A DNA stretch of 64,000 nt, from positions 320,001 through 384,000 of the forward strand of contig CAVTBV010000012.1 of assembly GCA_963733095.1 (NCBI GenBank), given 5' to 3'. The stretch is from Candidatus Bathyarchaeota archaeon. Lineage in GTDB: Archaea > Thermoproteota > Bathyarchaeia > Bathyarchaeales > Bathycorpusculaceae. The position numbers and the translations under genes were made by a program. The notes under the pieces are model-generated. The model worked only from the letters and a program-made list of their open reading frames with translations. It was not told the DNA's origin and did not search any database. This document shows positions 48,055 through 58,011 of the stretch, piece by piece (position 1 is the first letter of the stretch; each line of letters opens with the position of its first letter).

Positions 48055-49350
48055 TTATCTTGCCATTTTTATGTTGCTGGCTAGCGGCAGTCTTGATGGA
48101 CAGACATAAGAGCATGTTCCACATGCGATGCAGTCCTTGGACCAAAGTTTCTCGGCCTTAGCAAAGTCGCCTTTTATGACAGCGTTGTAGATTGCCACTG
48201 GTTGTAGACGTGCTGGGCATGCGCTTACACATCTGCCACAGTGGATGCATGCGGTGGTTTTCTGATCTTTCTTAGCTTTGCTTTTCGCGAAGTAGATTAT
48301 GCTTGAGGTGCGTTTTGTTATTGGAGCGTCGATGGTTTGTAGTGCTACACCCATCATGACTCCACCGACCACGACTGAGCCTAAGTCAGATACGTTAACG
48401 TTGTTTGCGGTAAGGATACTGCTGATCGGGGTACCGATTTTAACCATGAGATTTTTGGGTTTTGCAACATCACCGTTGAGGGTTGTAACTCTGGATATGA
48501 GCGGTTCGCCTTCGAAGACTGCGTTTGCGATGGCGTTTATTGTTGAGACGTTTTGTACTATGGTGCCCATTTCGTAGCTGCGTTTGCCTGAGGGTGTTTC
48601 GTAGCCTAAGATTGCTTTTTGTAGCATACCTGCGTCTCCCTGCTGGTAGGTCAGGTGTTTTGCGACGACTTCGGTGTCGGGTTCTTTGGCGAATGCTGCT
48701 TGAAGTTTAGGTATAGCTTCAACTTTGCTGTCTTTGGTTACGACGACAACTTTGGGGTTTCCGAGAATTTTGCGTATGACTCTTACTCCGCGGACCAAGT
48801 TGTCAGTTTTCTCGATCATTAAGCGTTCGTCTGCTGTATCGTATGGTTCGCCTTCTGAACCGTTGACGATGAGGTACTTGATTTTTTTGTCTTTAGGAAT
48901 GGCTAGTTTGACACTGGTTGGGAAGCCTGCACCACCTAAACCGATGATGCCTGCTTCGCGGATTATTTTCAGAAGTTCCTCAGTTGATGTGTCTTTTAGT
49001 TCTGATTCAGAGATGGATGAGATGCTTTTGTCTTTGGTTTTTTTTCCGTCGTTTTCGATGAAGATAGCTTCGGTGGGTGCTTCAAAACAGCTGTTGTAGG
49101 CGTTTTCGATTTTGATGACTTTTCCACAGATTGAGCTGTGAACCGGTGCGCTTATGCGTTCTTTAGCGTCTGCAATTTTCTGGCCGATGATTACAGTGTC
49201 GCCAACAGAAACAAGGGGAGTGTTTGTTGCTCCGCTTTGTTGGTTGGTTAGCATAACTGCTATTTTGGGGTCTGGAAAGATTTCAATCGGTGTTTTTCTT
49301 GCGATGTCTTTTACTTCTTTTATAGCAACTAAATTTGCCATTTTGTTCAT
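48055..49350 (-). CDS. rnfC: RnfC-like flavoprotein with two [4Fe-4S] motifs
   Basis: SAPVHSSICG, AGIIGLGGAGFPT, NGSEGEPY, GGVMMG, CIHCGRCVSACP, CIACGTCSYVCPS. Confidence 0.88.
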   Translation of the reverse strand: MNKMANLVAIKEVKDIARKTPIEIFPDPKIAVMLTNQQSGATNTPLVSVGDTVIIGQKIADAKERISAPVHSSICGKVIKIENAYNSCFEAPTEAIFIENDGKKTKDKSISSISESELKDTSTEELLKIIREAGIIGLGGAGFPTSVKLAIPKDKKIKYLIVNGSEGEPYDTADERLMIEKTDNLVRGVRVIRKILGNPKVVVVTKDSKVEAIPKLQAAFAKEPDTEVVAKHLTYQQGDAGMLQKAILGYETPSGKRSYEMGTIVQNVSTINAIANAVFEGEPLISRVTTLNGDVAKPKNLMVKIGTPISSILTANNVNVSDLGSVVVGGVMMGVALQTIDAPITKRTSSIIYFAKSKAKKDQKTTACIHCGRCVSACPARLQPVAIYNAVIKGDFAKAEKLWSKDCIACGTCSYVCPSRLPLASNIKMAR

Positions 49351-50462
49351 CTCCCAAAGGCTTTGTTGATACGTACACGATCAATAAGTGGTACTGTTAG
49401 GTTCATGATTAACAGTGCTAGCAATGAACCGCCGAAGAAGCCCATAAATGTTTGTATCAGAATGGTCAAAATTGCGAGGCCAACGCCGAAGATGATTTGT
49501 CCCACTCCGCTAAACGGCGTGGTTGCCGGATCAGTTGCCATGAAGAACGCCATGAATATTGAACTGCCGATGAATAGCTCGAAGAATAATCTTGTAGTCA
49601 AGTCTGCGTCCCCGAATATGAATGAGAAAATCAAAGATAACACTGCGATTGCGATGAGGTAGCTGGCGGTAATTCTCCATTTGAAGTATTTGCGTCCAAT
49701 TGCAAAGAGCGCGATGCCTGCGACGATAACTGCGATACTGCTTGCTCCGCCGACCCATCCGTGGTATTTTGCCAGAAACATTACTGATTCTATGCTAGCT
49801 GGAGATTGAGCGGTGGGCAAGCCATAGCAGGCTTGTAGGTAGCTGCCAAATGTGGCGCCACCGTTTCCATTCACGATGGAAGTTGCGCCGATTCCAGCTG
49901 TTAGTGCGGGAACTTGCAGAAGTCCGGTTTTTAGGTGGAATGCAGTTATGAGGGTTGTTGGTAGTGAAGGAAGCAGTACGAGGAATTTGGCTGCTGCTGC
50001 GGGGTTAACTAGTTTTCTGCCTGCGAGGCTCATGACTTTTTTGAAGACAACAAGGCCTAAGAGCGAGATAATGGCGATGTAATAGAATGCAAGAGGTGCT
50101 TCAACGGGTACTCCGGTTTCCAAACCCACTGCCATTGATGGGAAACCTAGAGTAAAACAGTTGATGACGATTAAACCGAAGACTGCTGCGGACCACGTGT
50201 TAACTTCACTGTCAGCGGTAAATTTGCCGATTCCAAAGTCCATTAAGACAGCTAAGCCGACAGCGATGAGTGCTCCTATGGCAACTGTCTCTCCAAGGTT
50301 CCATCCGGATGGAGTTGTGACTTGTGACCATAAAGCTGCTGAAACAATGGTTACTGCGAGGATAGCGAAGAATGTGTACTGCATCATACGATTCTTAGTC
50401 ATTGTACCGTGTATGTGTGGTGCTGATTTTACGACTAGTTCATTTGAGGATTCGTTACTCAT
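49347..50462 (-). CDS. rnfD: RnfD-like membrane subunit
   Basis: ORF extends to 50528; likely start MSNESS at 50462. SAPHIH, NPAA, GGAT, FFMATDPATTP, LLIMNL.VPLID...FG. Overlaps the rnfC start. Confidence 0.85.
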   Translation of the reverse strand: MSNESSNELVVKSAPHIHGTMTKNRMMQYTFFAILAVTIVSAALWSQVTTPSGWNLGETVAIGALIAVGLAVLMDFGIGKFTADSEVNTWSAAVFGLIVINCFTLGFPSMAVGLETGVPVEAPLAFYYIAIISLLGLVVFKKVMSLAGRKLVNPAAAAKFLVLLPSLPTTLITAFHLKTGLLQVPALTAGIGATSIVNGNGGATFGSYLQACYGLPTAQSPASIESVMFLAKYHGWVGGASSIAVIVAGIALFAIGRKYFKWRITASYLIAIAVLSLIFSFIFGDADLTTRLFFELFIGSSIFMAFFMATDPATTPFSGVGQIIFGVGLAILTILIQTFMGFFGGSLLALLIMNLTVPLIDRVRINKAFGR

Positions 50463-50673
50463 TTTTTTTACCTTCTCAAATAAAGAGGTATCTCTAAGCG
50501 CTGTCTTATTAAACTTTTTCAGTAACATGCAGTAGAAGTCAAAGAGGGATAGTCTAAACTTTAGAACACAAGATTTTCATCCCAATGTTGATTGTTAAAA
50601 TGGTAAAAAGCTGCTAGAGTTAAGCAAAGCTAATACACCTAAAAAAGCAAGTACCAATGGTCGAGGCAAAAAA

Positions 50674-51129
50674 TTGAGGGATGCGAACACTGATGAGCTT
50701 GAAGGCACCACATTAATAGTGTACTTGTACGCCGTAAAAAAGGGCAAGCCCGTTGGTCCCAGAGATGTCATGAAGAGTGTCAATCTCAGCAGCCCCAGCG
50801 TTGCCTACAGGCACTTGCAGAAACTCGACGACTCAGGCTACATACAGAAGAACGAGTACGGTGAATACACCGTCAAACGAAAAGCGCACATTGGAGGACA
50901 CGTTTGGCTTGGACACCGCCTTTACCCAAAGATGTGGCTCTACGCACTGCTCTTTTTAGTAATCTTAATCGTTGAACTTTTTGTTTTAATAATACATTTT
51001 CGTGTGGAAACAAATGAATTCAAAGTTTTTTTCCTGTTGTTAACACTCATTACTGGTTTGGCGCTTGCGGTTTTTGCGGTTGAAGGGTATCTGCAGAAAC
51101 GGCGAAAAATCGGCGGCTCAACCGAATAG
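50674..51129 (+). CDS. Winged-helix protein with two TM helices
   Basis: GKPVGPRDVMKSVNLSSPSVAYRHLQKL. Paralog of 12231..12686. Confidence 0.7.
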   Translation: MRDANTDELEGTTLIVYLYAVKKGKPVGPRDVMKSVNLSSPSVAYRHLQKLDDSGYIQKNEYGEYTVKRKAHIGGHVWLGHRLYPKMWLYALLFLVILIVELFVLIIHFRVETNEFKVFFLLLTLITGLALAVFAVEGYLQKRRKIGGSTE

Positions 51130-51235
51130 ATCCGTTGACTTGGTTCGTTTCTGCGGGTTTTTCAAAATATTGGAAAAGCTGTTTCTTAGGGGAAGTTTTA
51201 TATCGATACACGGATTTTATCTTGACTTGATTTAA

Positions 51236-52342
51236 ATGAATCCAATCACAGCCCCGTTGTTTATGGTTGTTTGGCGATGCACCCGCAACTGTGTGGGCAG
51301 TTGCACATATTGTAGTTACATCAAAGAATACGCCAAAGACCAAGAGCTAAACACCGCACAAGCTAAACATATGGTCGATGAAATGGCGGAGTTCGGCTCA
51401 CAATGGTTTGGAATCAGCGGCGGAGAACCCTTGGTTCGACCTGACATATGGGAAATCATCGAGTATGCAGAGAAAAAGCATAACATGAAAGTCAGTTTAA
51501 TCACGAGCGGCTATGCGTGGGATGAGGAACGCTTTGATAAACTGCGTAAGTATGAAGTTCACACTGCCATCAGCATTGATGGCGAAAAAGAAACAAACGA
51601 CTTAATTAGGCGAAAGGGCGGCTATGACAAAGCCTTGAATGCCATGAAGAAACTCAGTGAAGTCGGGTTGCTTGACTGCCTCGTAACAACCATGACTAAA
51701 CACAACATCCACCAGATGGCTCATCCAGCGGCGCTGGCGGAAGAATACAAAGCCCGCATGCTCGTCTACCACAACCTCGTGCCCGTTGGAAGAGCAGGCG
51801 AACACATGGAGGATATAGCCCCAACACCCGACCAGTATGAGACAGCGTTCAACGAAATCTACGATATCCAACGCAAACTCTACGGCAAAGTCAAAATCAA
51901 CGTTTACTCACCCTTCTACGCACGCATTGTGCGCCAAAAGAACCCTGCGGACTTCTGGCAATGGTACAACGAAGGCTACCTCGGAAAATGCACCATCGGC
52001 GGCAACTACATCGGCATCACAGAAAACGGCGATTACCGAAGTTGTGGCTTCCACGAAGGCTACCGCGTCGGCAACGTTAAAGACAAGAAATTACGCACAG
52101 CATGGGAAGAACTACAGAAGAGCGAATTACACCTTAAACTTCGCGACAAAAACAACCTCAAAGGAAGATGCGGAGTCTGTGAGTACAGAGAAATATGCGG
52201 CGGATGCAGAACACGAGCAGAATTCTACACGGGCGACCTCTTCGAATCAGACCCAGCATGCAACTACATACCTAAAGTGCTAAGAGAAGACCCTAAATTG
52301 CTTGAAGAAATGCGCAAAAATCCATTCGGCAGAAAACAATAG
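51236..52342 (+). CDS. Radical SAM/SPASM protein (NirJ/Ahb-like), paralog of 30240
   Basis: CVGSCTYC, GGEPL, SIDG, YHNLVPVGRA, GRCGVCEYREICGGCR.RA...DPAC. Confidence 0.88.
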   Translation: MNPITAPLFMVVWRCTRNCVGSCTYCSYIKEYAKDQELNTAQAKHMVDEMAEFGSQWFGISGGEPLVRPDIWEIIEYAEKKHNMKVSLITSGYAWDEERFDKLRKYEVHTAISIDGEKETNDLIRRKGGYDKALNAMKKLSEVGLLDCLVTTMTKHNIHQMAHPAALAEEYKARMLVYHNLVPVGRAGEHMEDIAPTPDQYETAFNEIYDIQRKLYGKVKINVYSPFYARIVRQKNPADFWQWYNEGYLGKCTIGGNYIGITENGDYRSCGFHEGYRVGNVKDKKLRTAWEELQKSELHLKLRDKNNLKGRCGVCEYREICGGCRTRAEFYTGDLFESDPACNYIPKVLREDPKLLEEMRKNPFGRKQ

Positions 52343-52549
52343 ACGCAAATTTTTTCTTTCTTTTCCCTTTAATTCAGCTTTTTCAATATTCATTTTATGA
52401 ACATATAGAGTCCTTCATTGCAGAAACGATAGAGGGTAGTCAAACGTTAAGGCAGGTAAGTCGGCGTTAGTTTCTTTTTCAAGACGAAAACATGCACCAA
52501 AACTTAGTAATTGACTACAAAATAGAAAAAATAAATAATAAAAAGAAGA

Positions 52550-53728
52550 CTATGCTTTTTTGGCTTTTTCCAGCTCTTTTTTGAGCAATTCAGCCTTGTC
52601 AGTCTTTTCCCAGGGTAAATCTATGTCTTCCCTTCCAAAGTGGCCGAAGCAAGCTGTTTGCTTGTAGATTGGTCTTAGCAGGTTTAGTTGGTCGATGATT
52701 ACTTTGGGTCGCATGTCAAAGTATTTTAGCACTAATTCCATGATTTTTTCGTCAGAAAGTTTGCCTGTTTCGTAAGTGTTTACCAACACCGATATGGGTT
52801 GGGCAACGCCGATAGCATAGGAAATTTGGATTTCACATTGATCGGCTAAGCCTGAGGCAACGACGTTTTTGGCGATGTATCTTGCCATGTAGCATCCTGA
52901 ACGGTCAACTTTTGAGGGATCTTTGCCGCTGAAGCATCCGCCGCCGTGGCTTCCAACTCCGCCGTAGGTGTCAACGATGATTTTTCTTCCTGTTAAGCCT
53001 GAGTCTGCTAAGGTTCCACCGATAACGAATCTGCCTGTGCCGTTGATGACGTATTTTATGTCTTCAGCTATCAGGTTTGCTGGAATAACGTTTTTAATAA
53101 CTTTTTCAACAATTTCTTTCTTTAAGGTTGCATCGTCACATGTTCCGTTGTTTTGCGCGGCGATAACCACAGTTTTTACGCATTTTGGCTTACCTTGCTC
53201 ATATTCGATTGTAACCTGAGATTTGCAGTCGGGGCGCAGATAGGGCATGAGTTTTGTTTTTCTGCATTCAGCTAAACGTTTAACCAACTTTTGGGCTAGC
53301 ATAATGGGCAGTGGCATGAGCTCTTTTGTCTCGTTGGTTGCGTAGCCAAAAACCATGCCTTGGTCTCCGGCACCCTGTTCATGACCTTTAGATTCAGTTA
53401 CCCCCATGGAAATGTCTGGGGATTGCTCAGTTAAGGAAACCAAAACACCGCATGTTTCCCAGTCTAAACCGTCTTTTGCGTTGTCAAAACCAATTTCTTT
53501 GAGTGTTTGGCGGACAATCTTGGGGATGTTTACGTATGAGCAGGTAGTGATTTGACCGGTAATCACAACTGTTCCCTGCATTACGAGGGTTTCGCAGTCA
53601 ACGCGTGCTTTCGGGTCGTGGGTAAATATTGCGTCTAAAACACTGTCAGATATTTGGTCTGCAACTTTGTCTGGGTGACCTTCTCCAACTGACTCGGATG
53701 TGAATAAATATTTTCCGTTTTTTTTCAT
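52550..53728 (-). CDS. metK: S-adenosylmethionine synthetase, bacterial/eukaryotic type
   Basis: [55 protein letters not shown]. Confidence 0.95.
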   Translation of the reverse strand: MKKNGKYLFTSESVGEGHPDKVADQISDSVLDAIFTHDPKARVDCETLVMQGTVVITGQITTCSYVNIPKIVRQTLKEIGFDNAKDGLDWETCGVLVSLTEQSPDISMGVTESKGHEQGAGDQGMVFGYATNETKELMPLPIMLAQKLVKRLAECRKTKLMPYLRPDCKSQVTIEYEQGKPKCVKTVVIAAQNNGTCDDATLKKEIVEKVIKNVIPANLIAEDIKYVINGTGRFVIGGTLADSGLTGRKIIVDTYGGVGSHGGGCFSGKDPSKVDRSGCYMARYIAKNVVASGLADQCEIQISYAIGVAQPISVLVNTYETGKLSDEKIMELVLKYFDMRPKVIIDQLNLLRPIYKQTACFGHFGREDIDLPWEKTDKAELLKKELEKAKKA

Positions 53729-53882
53729 TGGAATCTCTCTTTTCCGTTCAATCGTATGATAGGCATAGTAACCTCCCGTTTTTCTTAAAAGGCTTTCGAC
53801 AAAGCAGGCATCTAATCAACAAACAATTGGTGGGGAATTTGGCTTGCAGAAGCCATTTTAACCCAAAACAACACAACAACAA

Positions 53883-54269
53883 ATGGAAAACATGAAAAAA
53901 ATAGTTTCAAGCCAGAATGCACCAAAACCCATCGGGTCCTACAGTCAAGCAGTTCAAGCAGGCAATTTTCTGTTTGTTTCAGGTCAACTGGCTATTGACC
54001 CCAAAGATGGCAAACTCTTCGCCGAAAACATCACGCTGCAAACACACCAAGTTATGGAGAACCTAAAAGCTATATTGGAATCAGCAGGTTACAGCCTAAA
54101 AGATGTTATGCAATCCACAGTATACCTCTCTACAATGGAGTTGTTTGAGGAGTTCAACCGAGAATACGGCAAATACTTTGAGAGCGACTTCCCAGCACGC
54201 GCAACAGTCGCCGCAAAACTCAAAGCAGGCGCACTCGTCGAGGTTTCTGTCGTCGCCTACAAAGACTAA
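53883..54269 (+). CDS. ridA: RidA/YjgF family enamine deaminase
   Basis: APKPIGSYSQA, FVSGQ, FPARATV, VEV. Confidence 0.9.
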   Translation: MENMKKIVSSQNAPKPIGSYSQAVQAGNFLFVSGQLAIDPKDGKLFAENITLQTHQVMENLKAILESAGYSLKDVMQSTVYLSTMELFEEFNREYGKYFESDFPARATVAAKLKAGALVEVSVVAYKD

Positions 54270-54320
54270 GCCTACCGCTTTGATAAATTATAAAAACCCA
54301 GCCGTCGCTTAACATAGGTA

Positions 54321-54956
54321 GTGCAAAACATGGCGGCCTCCCTAAAAAAGTTCATGCAGCAAATCGCTGGAAAAAAAGCCCCTGGACCATCAACCACTTT
54401 CACCATATTTCATGTTTTTTTTGCGTTGGAGCTTTTGGCGCAGAAGCCGTTGGGCAGAAACAAGCTAGCGGAAAAACTCAACGTGGGGGATGGGGCAGTG
54501 CGCACAATAATTAGCAGGCTTAAAGATACAGAATTAATAGAAACTTCAAAAGAAGGCTGCAACTTAACAAAAAAAGGTGCGGAGGTTTGGGGAAAAATTG
54601 AAGAAATCTTCCCAAAGCGAGTCCAAATCCCCCGCTCTGACTTGGCGGAATCCGAGTTTAATTTTGCTTTCTTAGTCAAGAAGAGCGGGCAGAAGGTAAA
54701 GTCTGGGATTGACCAACGTGACGCAGCTATTATCGCGGGGGCACGTAAAGCGTTGGTTATTGTTTTTAGGGGTGGGCATTTATGTATCGAATCTGTAAGT
54801 GACTGCATTGAGCAGCAATATCCCAAGGCAGCAAGACAGATTCTTAAGGAACTTGCACCTCAGGAAGACGACGTGATTATCGTTGCCGGAGCCGACTCCG
54901 CTTTGAAGGCTAAGAGGGGAGCATTTGCTGCAAGTTGGTCATTGATTGCCGTTTAA
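54321..54956 (+). CDS. Conserved archaeal winged-helix protein (DUF4443/DUF2111-like)
   Basis: PGPS..F, PLGRNKLAEKLNVGDGAVRT, GIDQRDAAI.AGA. Confidence 0.7.
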   Translation: MQNMAASLKKFMQQIAGKKAPGPSTTFTIFHVFFALELLAQKPLGRNKLAEKLNVGDGAVRTIISRLKDTELIETSKEGCNLTKKGAEVWGKIEEIFPKRVQIPRSDLAESEFNFAFLVKKSGQKVKSGIDQRDAAIIAGARKALVIVFRGGHLCIESVSDCIEQQYPKAARQILKELAPQEDDVIIVAGADSALKAKRGAFAASWSLIAV

Positions 54957-55714
54957 GTGGTGTATTTTTCTCCTTCGTTGAGAATTCGTTCGAGCAAAGT
55001 GTTCACGTTTACCATGCCCTCGTTTGATTTTGAAGAAACAGGCATCAAGAGGAACTGTAAGCCCAGTTTGTTGATGGCTTGCATCATGTTTCGGCTGAAG
55101 AGGCGTTTTGTTCCCTCCAGTCTTTGCTCAATCGCATCTTCCAAAGCATTGGTATTTGCAGACCAATTTGCAATTGCCTGCACATCTTTTTTGGGGATTA
55201 AATCGCTTTTTGAAAGCAAATGTACCTGCGGCTGGAAAAATCTGTTGTAAACTGCCGCAGCCAAGAACATGTTTGAAACGTAGTTTAATGGGTTAACGGA
55301 GAAGACAGCATCGAAGAGGTAGATGAGCGCTTTTGGCTCTTTGGTCAATTCGTTAACGATGTATGGTCCGCTTGCGCGGAATGCGAAAAGCTCCATTTGA
55401 CCAGGCGTGTCCACAAGGACTATGTCAGCGTGGGCTTCTTCGATGTCTCGGGTCAAGTTTTCGATCTCATCCGCAATTAAATCCGCCGCCATAATTAGGG
55501 CGCCGTTGGGACCCAAACCATACTTCTCCATTATATCGCCCACATCCACGTAGTTACGTACGTCAACGTCGGGTTGATAGGGCAACTTTAACGCTCCAGG
55601 ATCCAAGTTTACGACTGCAACGTCTTGCTTGGACATTTTGAGCCATTCCGCAAACGCGGCTGTGAACAATGATTTGCCAGAACCGGCAGTTCCAATGATA
55701 AATGCTAAGGGCAT
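54953..55714 (-). CDS. GPN-loop GTPase
   Basis: GTAGSGKS, NLDPG, GLGPNGA, DTPGQMELF, SKSD. Confidence 0.92.
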   Translation of the reverse strand: MPLAFIIGTAGSGKSLFTAAFAEWLKMSKQDVAVVNLDPGALKLPYQPDVDVRNYVDVGDIMEKYGLGPNGALIMAADLIADEIENLTRDIEEAHADIVLVDTPGQMELFAFRASGPYIVNELTKEPKALIYLFDAVFSVNPLNYVSNMFLAAAVYNRFFQPQVHLLSKSDLIPKKDVQAIANWSANTNALEDAIEQRLEGTKRLFSRNMMQAINKLGLQFLLMPVSSKSNEGMVNVNTLLERILNEGEKYTT

Positions 55715-55806
55715 GGTCTATCTCCAATGTACGTGTGACATCGTTAGAAATAATAACCTTTCTACTGATTGTAGAAGAGAAATAGTTTCTTAATTGAAAG
55801 AGAAGA

Positions 55807-56979
55807 TTAAGTTAGGTTTATGGGGGGAGGCGCCCTTTCTACTGGTTGAGCGGTTAGTTGGGTCAGGTCTGGTTTTTTACGACGTGCTTTGATTGCCACC
55901 AACACAAACACAACCACAACAAACACCAAAGTGACAATTAAGGCAATAATAAAAAGCGGCAAGACAATGACGTTTGCTTGAGTGCTCGTTGCACCATTAT
56001 ACTGCCTATTGCCCAACCAGCTGGCTTGGATGGGTACTGAACCATCCGTTGCAGGCGACCAAACATATTGGAACCGACCGTCCGCTTGGGTTAGTACGGT
56101 AGCTATTGTTGCCCAACTGTTACTGTTAATTTTGGCTTGCAGTGTAACGTTCTCGTTGGCTGTAGGTGGGAGGATTTGGCCGTTGATGGTTATGTTGCTG
56201 GACCCAAGCATAATGGATGGAGAAACTTGCAGTATTATTGTACTATGGTCGAGTTCCCGCAGACTTGCAGAAACTTGATCAATGGATGACTGCCCCATTT
56301 TCTCAAGTGTCACTACCTGGGATGAGACGTTTTGGTATTCAGAAGGGGTTTCGCCGACTCGCCAGCCATCTCTCCACTGGCTGCCCGTGCATTCTGCGAT
56401 GTAGTAGGAAACGTTTTGGACATTAACGCTAAAAACCTGAACTCTGGCCTCATTTGGAAAACTGCCAAGGTCTACTCCAATTTCCATATGCTGCTGGGCT
56501 TTATAAAATAGTAGAACAACTGGGATTCCGCCTGCTTCCAGAATCGAAGCTGCAATGTAAGCGAAAAGGTCGCAGTCGCCGTAGCCATCAACCAAGGTTT
56601 CAATGGGGTATCTGCCAGGTATAACTTCTTGGTAGGTTATTTGGTGTACAAGCATCAGAACGCCGTTGGTGAAGTCTTCGGTGTTGTTGTAAATCTGCCA
56701 AAGTTTGTCGGCTATAGGTTTGAGGGCGTAGGGAGTTACAAATTTCGTAAAATCTGAATCCGAATATGTAGCATGACTCTGCATCACATAGTACTGGTAG
56801 AGAACTTGGGGAATCGTGACGTTCAACTCGTAGGTTACATCGCGCTCAGGTCGATTCAAAAGCAAAAACGACGACGTGTAACCCTGAGTTTCATCCTGTG
56901 TGCCCCCAAAAGGCACTAAAGATAAGATGAAAACAACGGTAACTGCAAAGCAAACTGCCCTCAGGTAATTACTTTTCAT
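55807..56979 (-). CDS. Membrane-anchored transglutaminase-like (Cys-His-Glu) protein
   Basis: Signal peptide, PIETL...GDCD, QHM.IGV, YYIAECT, Ig-like region and C-terminal TM helix. Confidence 0.65.
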   Translation of the reverse strand: MKSNYLRAVCFAVTVVFILSLVPFGGTQDETQGYTSSFLLLNRPERDVTYELNVTIPQVLYQYYVMQSHATYSDSDFTKFVTPYALKPIADKLWQIYNNTEDFTNGVLMLVHQITYQEVIPGRYPIETLVDGYGDCDLFAYIAASILEAGGIPVVLLFYKAQQHMEIGVDLGSFPNEARVQVFSVNVQNVSYYIAECTGSQWRDGWRVGETPSEYQNVSSQVVTLEKMGQSSIDQVSASLRELDHSTIILQVSPSIMLGSSNITINGQILPPTANENVTLQAKINSNSWATIATVLTQADGRFQYVWSPATDGSVPIQASWLGNRQYNGATSTQANVIVLPLFIIALIVTLVFVVVVFVLVAIKARRKKPDLTQLTAQPVERAPPPINLT

Positions 56980-57043
56980 TGGAACCGATAACCAACTATG
57001 CTTTTTTGGAATGGTGAATTTTGCTTAAATGTTTATTCCCAAA

Positions 57044-57868
57044 TCAACCTTCAAGCCCAAAAATGACTACTCCACCATTTTCCTCAATCAAAACGGCAAG
57101 CTGCTTTGCTGCTTTAAGAAGCTGCTCAGAGGGGTTCTGTTCTTGGCTCGCAATTATTGTTAAATGAAGTTCAAGGTGAGGTTTATTTTCGGTTCGAATC
57201 GGATGCGACTTTACATAAACACCATCGTTATCAGTCATTGCTTTGTCTATTAAAGGGGCTAAACGCGACTCAAAGATGTTGTCTACAAAGATACTTCGCT
57301 CACAAAATACTTCTGTACCCACGGCTTGCCTAATCAGCGGCACTATTGTTTCAGTAAATATGGCTTCCATCTCAACAGGCACGCCGGGCAGGGCAAACAA
57401 CACCGTTTTCTCAACATCAACACGCACCCCCGGCGCTGTCCCAATAGGGTTGTTAACGACCCTGGTTTTCTTTGGCAATGTAGCCATTTTGACTGTTGGC
57501 GGCGTCAACTCGATTTCAGTAGTGAGACCCCGTTTCTTGGCATATTCTATGCATTTTTGCTTAACCGTGGCGAGGGCTTTGTGGTTTATTTCTAATTCGC
57601 GGTTTAATGCTTTGGCGATGCCTTGGAGGGTTTTGTCGTCAAAAGTCGGTCCTAACCCGCCGGTGGTTACTATGAACTGGGGTTTTCGGGCTATGGCTTC
57701 GTTGATTGTGTTGGCGATTTCTTGGACGGTATCTTGGATTACGGTTACGCGTTTGACGTTTGCGCCGATTTGGGTGGCTTGTTTGGCGAGATAGTGTGCG
57801 TTTGTGTCTTTTATTTTGCCGATGAGTAGCTCGTTGCCGATGCATACGATTTCGATGTCTACAGTCAT
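57044..57868 (-). CDS. CinA-like molybdopterin-binding-domain protein
   Basis: IGNELLIG..KDTN, TTGGLGPTFDD, NPIGTAPG, LPGVP.EM. Confidence 0.88.
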   Translation of the reverse strand: MTVDIEIVCIGNELLIGKIKDTNAHYLAKQATQIGANVKRVTVIQDTVQEIANTINEAIARKPQFIVTTGGLGPTFDDKTLQGIAKALNRELEINHKALATVKQKCIEYAKKRGLTTEIELTPPTVKMATLPKKTRVVNNPIGTAPGVRVDVEKTVLFALPGVPVEMEAIFTETIVPLIRQAVGTEVFCERSIFVDNIFESRLAPLIDKAMTDNDGVYVKSHPIRTENKPHLELHLTIIASQEQNPSEQLLKAAKQLAVLIEENGGVVIFGLEG

Positions 57869-58011
57869 GGTTGTTCCTTTTCGGTTGTTCGAGTTAATGT
57901 GTTTTCTTTTATACGGTTTGCTCGGTTACTTAGCTGTTTTGCTCGATAAATTAAACCCGAAATGTTTTTATTTGCATGTCGCTAACTGCAAGCCAAAAGG
58001 AGAAACAAAAC

